A DNA stretch of 63,313 bases, the filler included, from Klebsormidium nitens (Eukaryota; Plantae; Klebsormidiophyceae): the NCBI GenBank assembly GCA_000708835.1. It is 7 parts of 7 records of this genome, joined end to end, with 100 filler letters (N's around TTAATTAATTAA, not from the genome) between each part and the next. Parts side by side here need not be neighbours in the genome. Positions count along the whole stretch, not along the records: positions 33,359 to 36,489 come from DF238157.1; positions 36,590 to 47,371 come from DF238156.1; 5 more parts are not named here. One strand, 5' to 3'. The translations under genes and the position numbers were made by a program. Each line of letters starts with the position of its first letter. The stretch's first letter is position 1. Of this stretch, positions 35,719-46,545 are shown piece by piece. The notes beneath the pieces were generated by a model, which saw nothing but the letters and a program-made list of their open reading frames with translations, did not search any database and was not told the DNA's origin.

Positions 35719-36294
35719 ATGACGATGCCGTACGTATTCGACTTTCAGGGGCCCGAGGCCAGCTTCCGATGCGACCTGATGAGCGAGCAGTGCACGGCGC
35801 ATTCTGCGTCCGGTGCGCGATGCAAGCGGGTCGTGTGCATAGGCTTGCCATACTGCTGGCAACATATGAGGTCCGTGTCTCACGTGACGATCAAGGACGG
35901 CGTACACGGCAAGGGCTTGTTCGCATGGGCTCCCGGGGGCGGGCATGCGAAGGTTTTTCGAACCGGTGACCCTTTGGTCGTCTACGGAGGAGAACATCTA
36001 GCGACCCCACAGATCGATCAGCGATACGGTCTGCAAACCACTGCTCCGTATGCGCTAGAGCTCACGCAGAACCACATCGTAGATGCGGCATGTAAGAGGG
36101 GCATCGGGTCCATCGCCAACGCCCCACGCGGGACCAACAAGAAGACGAATGCGAAGTACGCGATGAATAACGTCACCGGCACCATGATTCTCCGGGCCAC
36201 CAGGCCGATCTACGGCGGGCAAGAGATCCTCGTGGGGTATGGCGGCGGGTACTGGGCGGGTCACAAAGGCTCACACAAAACAAGGAGACGTTGA
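35719..36294 (+). CDS. Small intronless SET-domain protein with an N-terminal Cys/His cluster (viral-type SET)
   Basis: GKGLFA, YGGE, DA..RGIGSIAN and RATRPIYGGQEILVGYGGGYW motifs. The N-terminus has C-x9-C-x9-C-x2-H (CTAH...CKR...YCWQH). Confidence 0.85.
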   Translation: MTMPYVFDFQGPEASFRCDLMSEQCTAHSASGARCKRVVCIGLPYCWQHMRSVSHVTIKDGVHGKGLFAWAPGGGHAKVFRTGDPLVVYGGEHLATPQIDQRYGLQTTAPYALELTQNHIVDAACKRGIGSIANAPRGTNKKTNAKYAMNNVTGTMILRATRPIYGGQEILVGYGGGYWAGHKGSHKTRRR

Positions 36295-38861
36295 CCGATA
36301 GAGAATCGGACTACGAATCAGACTTCCAATCGGGCACAAAAAACCGGGGAAAGCTGACTCCAAATGCCCGGAGGTGACGCCACGGAGTGATGACGTGGCA
36401 GTCTGCTCAAAGGAGTCGGTATCCCTAGTGGATTCTCTCATAAGACGCATTAAAAAATGTGTCTTACGGAGGATCCTCGAGTCTGAATTNNNNNNNNNNN
36501 NNNNNNNNNNNNNNNNNNNNNNNNNNNNNNNNNTTAATTAATTAANNNNNNNNNNNNNNNNNNNNNNNNNNNNNNNNNNNNNNNNNNNNGGTGTCACGAG
36601 GTTCGGAGACGAATCCGCAAATCTTCACGCATTCTGATTTGTTCTATCCCATTGGATCAAGGGCGGAGCGCAACCTAAGAGTGCAATTTGATTCTTGTAG
36701 TCTCAAGCTTGCAGTCAACCGCTAGAAAAATGTAGTAAGTTGACTTTTGACTTACTTGGTCCTCTTCTGCGTTCTTGCCACCTTTGTGTGCCCTTGGTGC
36801 ATCAATGCTTCGCACCCTCTCTCTTCGACAGGTTGACTCACTATACTTGTGATTAGTTTGCTTTGTGATTAGTAATAGTGTCATGTTATCATGCAATTTT
36901 GGTTGGACTTGGACCATGACCCAACTCTCTCTCCTTGTAACTACGTGGGCTTGTGAAAGGATACTACTGCTTGTGTATCCGAAATAGGGGACCCCTGAGT
37001 TGACTTCGAGAGCGATCAGACAAATTCTGCTCGTTGTCCTTGTGCATATTCTCCCCAAGTTTGCTGGGCTTAACCTCGAAATTTCAGGCTCTGTTCTCTT
37101 GAACCCCAATCCGTCAACGTTACCATTGCTGGTATCTTGATCATTGGCATTTTTCGTCCAGGTTTTGACGTCCCTGGGTTCCGTAAGGGCCTGGCGGCCC
37201 CGCTCCGTTCAAGACGCCAATTCACACCTCCTATGAAAGATCATGTCGCAAGCTGCCCCAAGGAGTGTGAACAGGGCCCGGGTTGACCCCTTTTAGATGG
37301 TGCCGAAGTTCGTGCGCGAGGGAAATGCCGGCAGAATTCGGGTACGCTTTGGATGCTGTCTTTTAGTACCCAGTGCCGATCCTTCCATTTGAGAGCACCA
37401 TTGTGATCGTTGCCGCAAAAGGTTCATTTTCCTAGAACGCTTCTCAGATCAACCTCATACAACCCTGAGTCCTGGGATTTTTGCAGTAGCCCTCAGATCT
37501 GTGATGCTAAGTCGCCCAGGTGTGATCCAGTCTTCCAGCTATTGCGACTGGAAGACTCTCGTTTATCTGCGTTCCTCGTGACGAGGTTATAGACGTTCTG
37601 CGGTTGGTTCAAACGTTCTTGCTTCCGGGAATTGACTACCATCTCTGTGTTTCAGGAAGTATCGTTTTTGACCCTGCTCCTTGGGACCACAATTCTAAGC
37701 TGCTTTCGGACAAACCTTTTCACTACTTTGCCGTCTGGTTAGTAATCCTTTTGTTTCGTTCTTCGCTCCCGTCTTGGTTCGTCGTGTAAATCGCTGCCAG
37801 TATGGAAGCCACACCATGTGAAATCCATCTGCCTCATAACTTCTACTCTACAGGCGTTGTTGCCGTGGAGATTGAGCGGAAGACTTCCGCAGCCCTCGTG
37901 TTAGACGTCGAGAAGAGCGATGCGAGGTAGACCGTTAGCATTTCCGTTCTCTTCACCTTGAGATCCCTCGTCGTTTGAGGCTTGTATCGGGCTTGATTCT
38001 GGTGCAGTGTGTAGTCTCGTTGCAGACTGTGTTCGATTCGTTGCAGAATGCTGCCTCGTTTTCGCTGCTGCAGTGACTGGTGCGCGCTCCCGCACATGCT
38101 TTGATACTGCTGGCCTTACGTTCCGGACACAAACATTCATCTTAGGACCTTCAAGTCGGCCCTCATTGTGGAACAACCGCGGCCTGAGAGTCTTGACCAG
38201 AGTTTTGTTTGGACAACCACGTTCCTTCCTTCGTGAGAAGCCCACAAATCTCAAGGGTGAGATGGTAGATAAAAGAAATCGACGGAATGTTTGCACACTT
38301 TTGCTCGTATCAGTGGGCGAGTTCGGTTCGTAGCTGCGCAATTTCTTTTTAACAAGCTGCTTGGTCTCTGATTGCTCACATTTACGCTTCTAATTGGTCC
38401 TGACCCGGGGCAATTCTCCTTCGTTGTCCGGCCTCGAAAGCTACCATCATGACATTGTAAACCTCTTTCTTCGGGAAGGAAGAGCAAGCCAACCGTACTT
38501 ACTTTTGCCCGTTCTCACAGATCATTTGTAGTGCTCCACGTTCTCCAGCCGGCCATATGATCTACGCGGTCCGTCATATTGAATCTTGTTTCAGCCGTTT
38601 CTGGCAACAGTCTTGTCAGCCATCACTATAATATTCATTCTTCTTGTTGTTGTTTGTAGTGATCCAAGGCTCATCCCGCGACACTTGACGCCCCTTCCAT
38701 CCGCCTGTTCGGCCGCCCGCATCCTCACCCCCCAGCACCAGTCGTGGATCCTCCGCGCGTGCCTCGGTTTGCCTCCCCCGGGCACAAACAGCTGGTCTTT
38801 CTTCCCCTTGGGGCAATTCCCCGGCCGCGAAATCCTCGCTGGTGGTAACGAACGTCTTCCG

Positions 38862-41800
38862 ATGGAAGACCCTCGGAATGGCGTCGCATCCCCCCCAAAG
38901 ATGATTCCGACTTTGTCCGGGCTTCACATCGACCCCCCCAACCCGGTGAACGCGCCAAATCCGGGAGATGGGGATAAGGGTCATCCGAGCAGCCGGGGAA
39001 GCAGAGACGTCTGGTTTACTGGTACCCTCGGTCCGGGAGTGACATTCCCGCCCACCATGTTCGGTGCCGGACCCAGTAGTGATTCGGTGCAAACCCTTTC
39101 GCCACTCCGCCGCTCGCCCCTTCTCAACGAGCACAGGGCCTATTCCCACCCAGAAGACACCATGGTGTCATCACGCCAAGAGGCTAGGGCGGAGCAGATG
39201 TACCGCGACATGGCGCCTCTCCGGTTCGAGAACAACCTGCCCCGCAGCGATGCGAATATCCCCCAAGAGCCGCAGGTGACCAGAGCGGGGCTTGCGGCTT
39301 GCTCGTTCTCGAGCGGATTCTCGGGGGGGTCCCGCGCGAGCGCGAAGGAGTCGGGGCCCGAGTCCGTAATGGACGTCTTCAGACGGTCCGAGGGGCTTAG
39401 TTTCATGGGCATGTACGGCGGATTCCGAGACGATTGCGCGGTGCGCGAGGCTCTGAGCGCACCACGCGAGGGTGTGCATGTGCCCCGCGAAATTGTGAAT
39501 GTCCCCCGGGATGGTATGAACGGCCCCCGCAACGGCGTCAACATGCCCCGCGACGTTGTGAACGTGTCCCGCGATGGTGTGAAAGTGTCTCGCGACGGGG
39601 TGAACGTGCCCCGCGCTGTGGAGCTCAGCAATGGTGATCACGGTATGACAGCGTTCCCGAGGGCTCCCGACGGGTGGCTTCCCAAGCAGGAGGAGGGCTC
39701 TCGGCTGAGTATGGCGTTCGAGCAAGAGCGGCGGACCCAGATGGACGGGGACTCCGCCCTGCATTTGGAGGTGAGGTCGTTTCTTCTGATTCATTGGTTT
39801 TGCCGTTGCGGGGAGGTGTTGAGCGCTTGAATCGCTGGGGAGGGGATGTAAAAGCAGACGTGTTTGTTATTTCTTTTCAAGGACATTTTGAAATTTCCAA
39901 GGTGGGGTTGGAGGGGGCTGTTGAGCCACCCTAAACGAGCAGAACTTTACTTACGTTGATCAGGACTTCGTCTGCCAACCTTCCTGTGATTTAGCAGATT
40001 TCATAAGCGGATAATACGATCAACATGTTTCGTGTCGTTCCGCACTTCTACAACACCCATCAGCTGACTCTACGACGAGCGGCTTTTTCGCACCCTGACA
40101 TAATCGATTCCATCAATCCTGCGCCCCCAATGGTCAACAAAGTAATGGTCAACAAAGTTCTTTCCTTTCCCAATGCTCCCAGCGGCTATTCCTACTGCGC
40201 AAGCTTTCACGATTTGCAGCGAGGTCCACTTCCTTCCGTAAACTCCATTCGACACATGTTGAGAAACGTCCATCGCTTGAGTGTTTCCTGTCGAGTTCCT
40301 TCCCAGGCTCTTCGCAGTTCTACCGCTCCCAGCAGCTGTCCCTACCGGGCAAGCCCCCCACCCGCCCCGCATTTCACGACCTCTGGCCTTTTATTTTACC
40401 GCAAATCTCATTCAACATGTAAGGGAAGGTCGTAAAAAGGGATTCTCCTATTTTCAACATCTTACTAGCCAGTTTCGTCCCTCTTTTCAATTCTACCGTA
40501 TCCAGCAGCTGTCCCTACCGGTCAAGCCCCCCGTGTTTGTGTCTGGATCTCTGCTATCTTTTCCTTCATCTTAACTCTTATCGTAACCCACCTACTCGGA
40601 CGGCGCTATGATAGCGGGAGCTATATCCGACTTGTATCTCAAGGTGCTAACGATTTTTGATTCTGCTTTGCAGTTCTACCAGTCCCAGCAGCTGTCCCTA
40701 ACGGCCAAGCCCCCCGGGCGCGCCGCAGCCTACCACCCCTGGGCTAGCAACCCGGGGTTCTATCCCGAGGCTCTGGATCATCGCTCGGACAGGGGCGATT
40801 CCATCTTCGTCGAGTTTTCGCCGCAGGACGACCTGTGCCCCAAAGTGAATATCAATCAGCTGCCGGCGAAGTTCGTGGCGACGTTCCTCTTGGGGGATGC
40901 GAACCGGCCACGGTTCGAGTAGTGAGTAGTCGCTCTGAAGCGGCCACGAGTTGAGGACTGAGTCGCTTGTCTCAATGTCTCGTGGCGTCTTCACCGGCCA
41001 GACTTCTGGGTCCACTTTATTGGGTCCTGTGGAGGAACGCCAATCGCCCAGTGACTCGCATGTCCAAGCTTCCGTGACATTTTGATTGGCCAGGGCCTGA
41101 ATAAAATGTTATCTTTCTAGAGATTCTCCATGGGTTCCGCACCGGCCAGGATTTTCGTGTATTGACCTTTTCTATCTTAACCTTCCCGGGCAATCTGATC
41201 GGTCGGAATCTATTGATTGACGAGCTCTTTCCAGTTTGGAATCTGGCCATGGGATGTCATCTACCCAGGAAATGTGTTGCTTGTCTAAGCGTTCTTGATC
41301 GCCCAGGCTTCCAGCATAAAGTTACCGCCCTCTAGGCTCTTAGCGAGTCGACCGGGTCAGGACTCGAGTAGTCGGTTTTCTGTTCGAACTCAAGGGATAG
41401 AATTTGAATCGGTTGGAGTGTTTTCCTATAGTCTGTTGTTGAAGAATGTGAAATGACCAGCACTGGAAGATGACTGTGTACCGACGGTTTGCGGAAACGC
41501 CAATTTTGTTCAGGGAATCGAGTCCTGTTTTCATATCCGTTGGATTCTTTCGGTGCTGCCCGGTGAGAGTTGCGAGATGCCTCTTTGGTTCTTAGAGACG
41601 TAAGTCCTATCCCACTCTCGCACTTTAGGTCCTTAAGCCTTGTCTTGAAATCTCGTTATGAGTGGTTTTCACCTTAGTTGCGGGAAAGGAAACCCTTGGT
41701 TCCGAAATAATCATCCTGATTCGCGGTCTCCATCTCCTTGCAGCAACGCTGCACAGTATGCAGAACGGCTCTTCTCTTGCTACGGCGCCGTTTCCAAGAC

Positions 41801-43195
41801 GCTGGTGCGCGAGAACAAGAACCACCCCGGCAAGTGGTTCGCGATCGTGGAGTTCAGCTACTGGACCAACAAGGAAGTGCGCCAAAGGTTGGTGGCTGGG
41901 GAGCAGATCCGACTCACCGACTTCTTTGGTAAGGTGCCCCGCTTTCCCTCTTCGTTCTCCTCTTCTTCCTGGTTCTTCTGGCTTTCCTCTTGCTTTTCGA
42001 TTGATGAGAAAGTGCGCCAAAGCCCTTGCCGTTTGGGAACGGATTCGGTTTGCAATCCCTCTTTGAAAGTTCTCTTCTTTGCTGCTGCTACTTTTCTACC
42101 TACTGTTTGCTTTCATGTTCTCTTTCAGAAACAAAGAAACTGAAGGTTGTCTCGGTTGGTGTTTGTTCTCGTCGATACTTATTCCGGAAATATACTGCAG
42201 ACTTTTCGGAGGGGTAGTTGCACTTTACTTACAGACTGAATCTTGACTGTCAGCTTGCCCTCATTTGGACATCGAGTCCGGATGAACGTCAGTGCGCTAA
42301 CATTCAAGACCAGGGAGTCTGCTTCTTTTTTTGGAGTCTCAACCTGAGCCGGTCGTTTCTTGCAGATGGCGAGGGCGTCTACGTGCGGCGCCACAAGGAC
42401 AAGCAGAGCTATATGTCGCGCAACGGGTCGGAGCCTTCCAACGGTCTCCCCTGTCGCCCCGACTGGAAGTACACCGGAACTGACATGCGCCTCGGGAAGC
42501 CCCTTTACCGTGGGCCGTGTTCGATCTGCGGTCGGGAGAGTACCGTTCCCTTCAAGCCGATCGTCAACGGACAGCCCCCACGGTGCCGCACGTGCCTTCG
42601 CCAAGATGGGAACTTCGCTGCCCCGGGGGGGTACGCGCCCCAGGCAATGCCGCACCCCCGCCATGAGGACGCGCGGGTCGGAGGGCTGATGTCGATGCGC
42701 AAGGAGACGCTGCGGACGCTCAATGTAGATCGTGGCGGGAGCGGGGTGGTCCTGTTCAGGGGACGCGAGGCCGACCGCAGCGGACACCCCCACTACGTGA
42801 TGAACCACCAGGGATTCGGCGACATCGCCCGCGCGCGGAGCTTCGCCGGGGGTGAAGTCAGCAGGGCCTTTGCTGAGGCCACTAGGGGCCACGGTGGTTT
42901 CAGCAGGTTTGCCGGCGAGTACGGCAGCTCGGTGACGGGAATCGACGCGTCCCCCCAGCAGGGGGAGTATCGCCGCATGAGCAGCCTCAGCAGTGCGGAT
43001 TTAAGCTTCTCGCACCCGGTCGAGAGGGACGATTTCGTTTCGGGGGGGTCGTCTGGCGGCTTCTCGGGGGAAGGGGCCTCGGAGGCAATGACAAAGCGGT
43101 TTGAAGTCGGGTGGGGTGTGGAGGAGCGCCGGGAGGGGCTTCCAGAACCCCTCGTCGAATGGAGGGGGCTTTGGGGTTGGAACGATGTCTGCTAA
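38862..43195 (+). CDS. Four-exon gene: disordered N-terminus, RRM-like domain and CxxC-x18-CxxC zinc ribbon. Exons 38862-39770, 40674-40921, 41744-41928, 42366-43195
   Basis: All junctions are GT-AG with consistent phases (0, 2, 1), giving ...HLE|FYQ..., ...RFEY|NAAQ... and ...FFD|GEG.... LFSCYGAV...WFAIVEF is RRM-like. CSICGRESTVPFKP...CRTC is the ribbon. Confidence 0.8.
39471..39617 (+). repeat. Coding tandem repeat, 7 x 21 bp ([G/V]VNVPRD consensus)
   Basis: GVHVPRE IVNVPRD GMNGPRN GVNMPRD VVNVSRD GVKVSRD GVNVPRA. Confidence 0.9.
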
Positions 43196-43211
43196 CGGGG
43201 CAGTGGGTAAG

Positions 43212-43432
43212 TATGGGGGGTCTTATCAGCAGTCTTACCTGGGTTGAAGTCAACAATTGAATTAACATTTAAGCTTGGTCGTTTATATGGGGTTCTTACC
43301 AGCAATCTTACCTGGATTGAAGTCAACCATTGAATTAACATTTAAGCTTGGTCGTTTATATGGGGGTTCTTACCAGCAATCTTACCTGAATTGAAGTCAA
43401 CAATTGATTAACATTTAATCTTGGTCATTTAA
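43212..43432 (+). repeat. Three tandem copies of a ~73-bp unit just 3' of the stop codon
   Basis: TATGGGG.TCTTA.CAGCA.TCTTACCTG..TTGAAGTCAAC.ATTGA.TTAACATTTAA.CTTGGTC.TTTA is repeated three times. Confidence 0.92.
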
Positions 43433-43939
43433 AACGGGGGCCTTGCGTGAAGGGGCGTAAAACACCCCTTGCGTCTTGCGTCTTGCTTGAACCAGTCATG
43501 ATGTCGGAGGCTGACTCACCGTCGGCTGTCAGGATGGATGTCAATGGTCTGGTGTGTCGACCGAGCTATTTCCGAGGTGTGGGGAAGGTTTAGGGTGTTA
43601 CAGTTTTAGGGTGTAGTGAGAGTGTTCAAATGTAATGTAGTATTTATATTAATGTAATATAATGTAGTGTTCAAATCAGTAAATTTGGACCAGATTGCTT
43701 TCCGCATTCCCTTTGCTCTCAAAACAAGCTGGTTGATATCCCTGTCTCCTACCTGCACTGGAAGATTTTGCACAGGAATGCCCATTTCATTATACCTTTC
43801 GGAGGTCAGCGTTGCTTTCAATCGCAGTCCTACGGTAATGACAATCTGCTTGCAAAAGATATGAGCAAGAGTAAAAGTCATCATGACGAAGGACTGCTAA
43901 AATGCACCCTTCGATCCAATCGAAGTCTATGGTAAGTGA

Positions 43940-44050
43940 TCGACCCTGAAAGCGCTTATCCATATTCACGTTTTTAGCAACCATAATCACATTTAATTCC
44001 TGCAACACGTTACGATGCCCACTGGATGCTGCCACCCATAACATAAGTGA
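43940..44050 (-). pseudogene. Ankyrin-repeat-like fragment
   Basis: LWVAASSGHRNVLQEL...AKNVNMDKRFQGRS fits the ankyrin consensus loosely. No intact gene context. Confidence 0.45.
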
Positions 44051-45467
44051 CTTAGCCGTTGTTGACTCGAATAAGCCCGTTTGATGCTTCCCACTCGTCG
44101 CCAACTGAAACATAACAACCTGCATGAAGGAGCGTGAGGCTTGCCTCAGTAGTCAAAAGCATACTCCCTATCTACCAATATGTTTCCAATACGCTGAGAT
44201 CACGTTCTAGGACAAGGGCTGAAGGTTGGAGGGCATATTCGATCGTTATGGATGTGTAGGTTGGCTGCTTCCAACCCTAACAAGGTAGTAGACTGTATAT
44301 ACCCTCATTATCTTCAACCCGGCATGTCTTTCACCAGCTCAACAAGTTGGGACTCAACCATAATCAAACTAGACAATGCTCATGCCGACAACAAACAAGA
44401 AGTACGGTAGAGCTGATAGCACGAGAGAAACGAGGAGCGTTTCTAAGAGGACCCTATGGCTACAGTACACACCCCAACTTTTCTTGCAATGCTGGTGTGC
44501 ATGTGCTGGTGAATATAGCCAGTGTAAGAAGCTCTCAACCAAAGCAAAGTTGCCCTCCACTCTTGCCAGTATCTGGAAGCATCAAAGACCACTTTAAAGA
44601 CCAGGGGGGGACATGCTTCCCAGTTGCGGATGTCGTCTTGTAGCCTTAGACAGCACCATGAACAGTGGCATTCGTGACTGACTGACCGCTTCCCACGATG
44701 TATGTTGACTTGCCGGCCAGGTCATAGGTGTAATTGCCGATCCGGGTGCCATTGGCGGAATAAAGGTTAGCCGAAATTGTGTTGTTATCACTTATATCTG
44801 CTCCGGCGGTTAGCACATGCGTGTACAAGAGTGCGTCATTAATCCACATTTCGTCGGCGGCGCCGAAACCATCTGAGCTAGATGTGTTGTCTTTAAACAT
44901 CCCTCTCAAGTTTTCTCGCCCTCCGGACTGGATCGTTTTCTAAAATTCGTCAAGCTAAAGAAACGTGCACGGTCGATTAGGATCGGACGGCTTGAAATGA
45001 TATTTGACAAATCAGCATCAATGAGATGTTCCGCAGCCGGTCTTCTTCAAATGTTACCACCCATAAAGAAACTGTTTGAGAAAAGCACAATGTATAGCCC
45101 AACATGACTTCACACCTCATCTTTAAGAATTGAAGCTAGCAAGGAAGCCAAATGAGATGGCCACTCTTTACTTTACTCTTGCATGCAACCTTTTTGCATT
45201 CAACGTCTCTTGCATGCGCACCTTTTTCTGCAAAACTGCGGCACGATGTTAGGGGTATAAGGGACTACTTTATCAAGTGACTTCCAACCAAACCCACCAG
45301 CTCTCACAACATTTACGAGGCATGGAAAGCGCTTCTACATCGCTTGAGGGCGCTTGATTGGGAGGCACCGGAGGTTGGGGTGCTGAAGACATAAAAGGCG
45401 ATTTCCATGAGCTGCACCGCATGATGCCGCCGGAGCGCAGCTACTCCCAAGTTCCCAAAGGATTGAT

Positions 45468-46545
45468 GGAGCTGCTAGGGGCGCGCGCCGCCGAGATGTA
45501 CAGCAAGGCCGCCGACCAGGGCGCCGCGATATGACAGTGCTGTCCGGGCGAGTGTTACTATTTCTGCACGGGCGTGGAGAAGGACGAGGAGCGCGCAGCC
45601 CAGCTGTTTGCAAAGGCAGCCGAGCAGGGCGACGCGAGGGGCTAGTGCTCCCTGGGCGAGTGCTACGAGTTCGGCAGGGGCGTGGAGAGGGACGAGGCGC
45701 GCGCCGCCGAGCTGTACACAAAGGCCACCGAGCAGGGCGACGCAAGGGGGCAGTGCTCTCCGGGTGTGTGCTACGAGGTCGGCAGGCGCGTGGAGAAGGA
45801 CGAGGCTNNNNNNNNNNNNNNNNNNNNNNNNNNNNNNNNNNNNNNNNNNNNNNNNNNNNNNNNNNNNNNNNNNNNNNNNNNNNNNNNNNNNNNNNNNNNN
45901 NNNNNNNNNNNNNNNNNNNNNNNNNNNNNNNNNNNNNNNNNNNNNNNNNNNNNNNNNNNNNNNNNNNNNNNNNNNNNNNNNNNNNNNNNNNNNNNNNNNN
46001 NNNNNNNNNNNNNNNNNNNNNNNNNNNNNNNNNNNNNNNNNNNNNNNNNNNNNNNNNNNNNNNNNNNNNNNNNNNNNNNNNNNNNNNNNNNNNNNNNNNN
46101 NNNNNNNNNNNNNNNNNNNNNNNNNNNNNNNNNNNNNNNNNNNNNNNNNNNTACGCGAAGGCCGCCGAGCAGGGCCACGCGACGGGATAGTGCTACCTAG
46201 GCGTGTACCACGGGAACGGCACGGGCATTGAGAGCCGAGGCGCGCGCCGCCGAGCTGTATGCCCAAGCCGCCGAGCAGGGGCTCGAAGTGGCGCAGTGCA
46301 ACATGGGTTGGTGCTACGCTAATGGCACGGGCGTGGAGAAGGATGCAACGCTTGCCGCCGAGCTGTACGAGAAAACCGCAGATCAGGGGGTGTCGCCAGC
46401 GCAGTGCAACCTGAGGGAGCTGTATGCCGAAGGGTTGGGAGTACGACAGGAATGGGCTGCGGCTTTCCGGCTCTTCGAGTCTGCGGCCAAGGATGTGGAG
46501 GCGTTGTCGTCGCGAGTCTTTCTTGCATGGCTGCTCTGGTACTGA
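45468..46545 (+). pseudogene. Sel1-like repeat protein, disrupted, with an internal gap
   Basis: 36-aa (108-bp) repeats of the form AAELYxKAAEQGxAxGQCxLGxCYxxGxGVExDE. In-frame TAG at 45643 and 46188, plus frameshifts. Confidence 0.88.

Noticed and set aside
37300-37480. Possible chromodomain (YEVD...LKWKD) of a decayed gypsy element; contig also starts TGTCACG
   Set aside because: The motifs are short, interrupted by a stop, and have no adjacent integrase or RT signal.
44646-44909. N-glycosylation-rich ORF fragment as a secreted protein gene
   Set aside because: It is short, followed by stops, and has no signal peptide or recognisable domain. At most a pseudo-exon.
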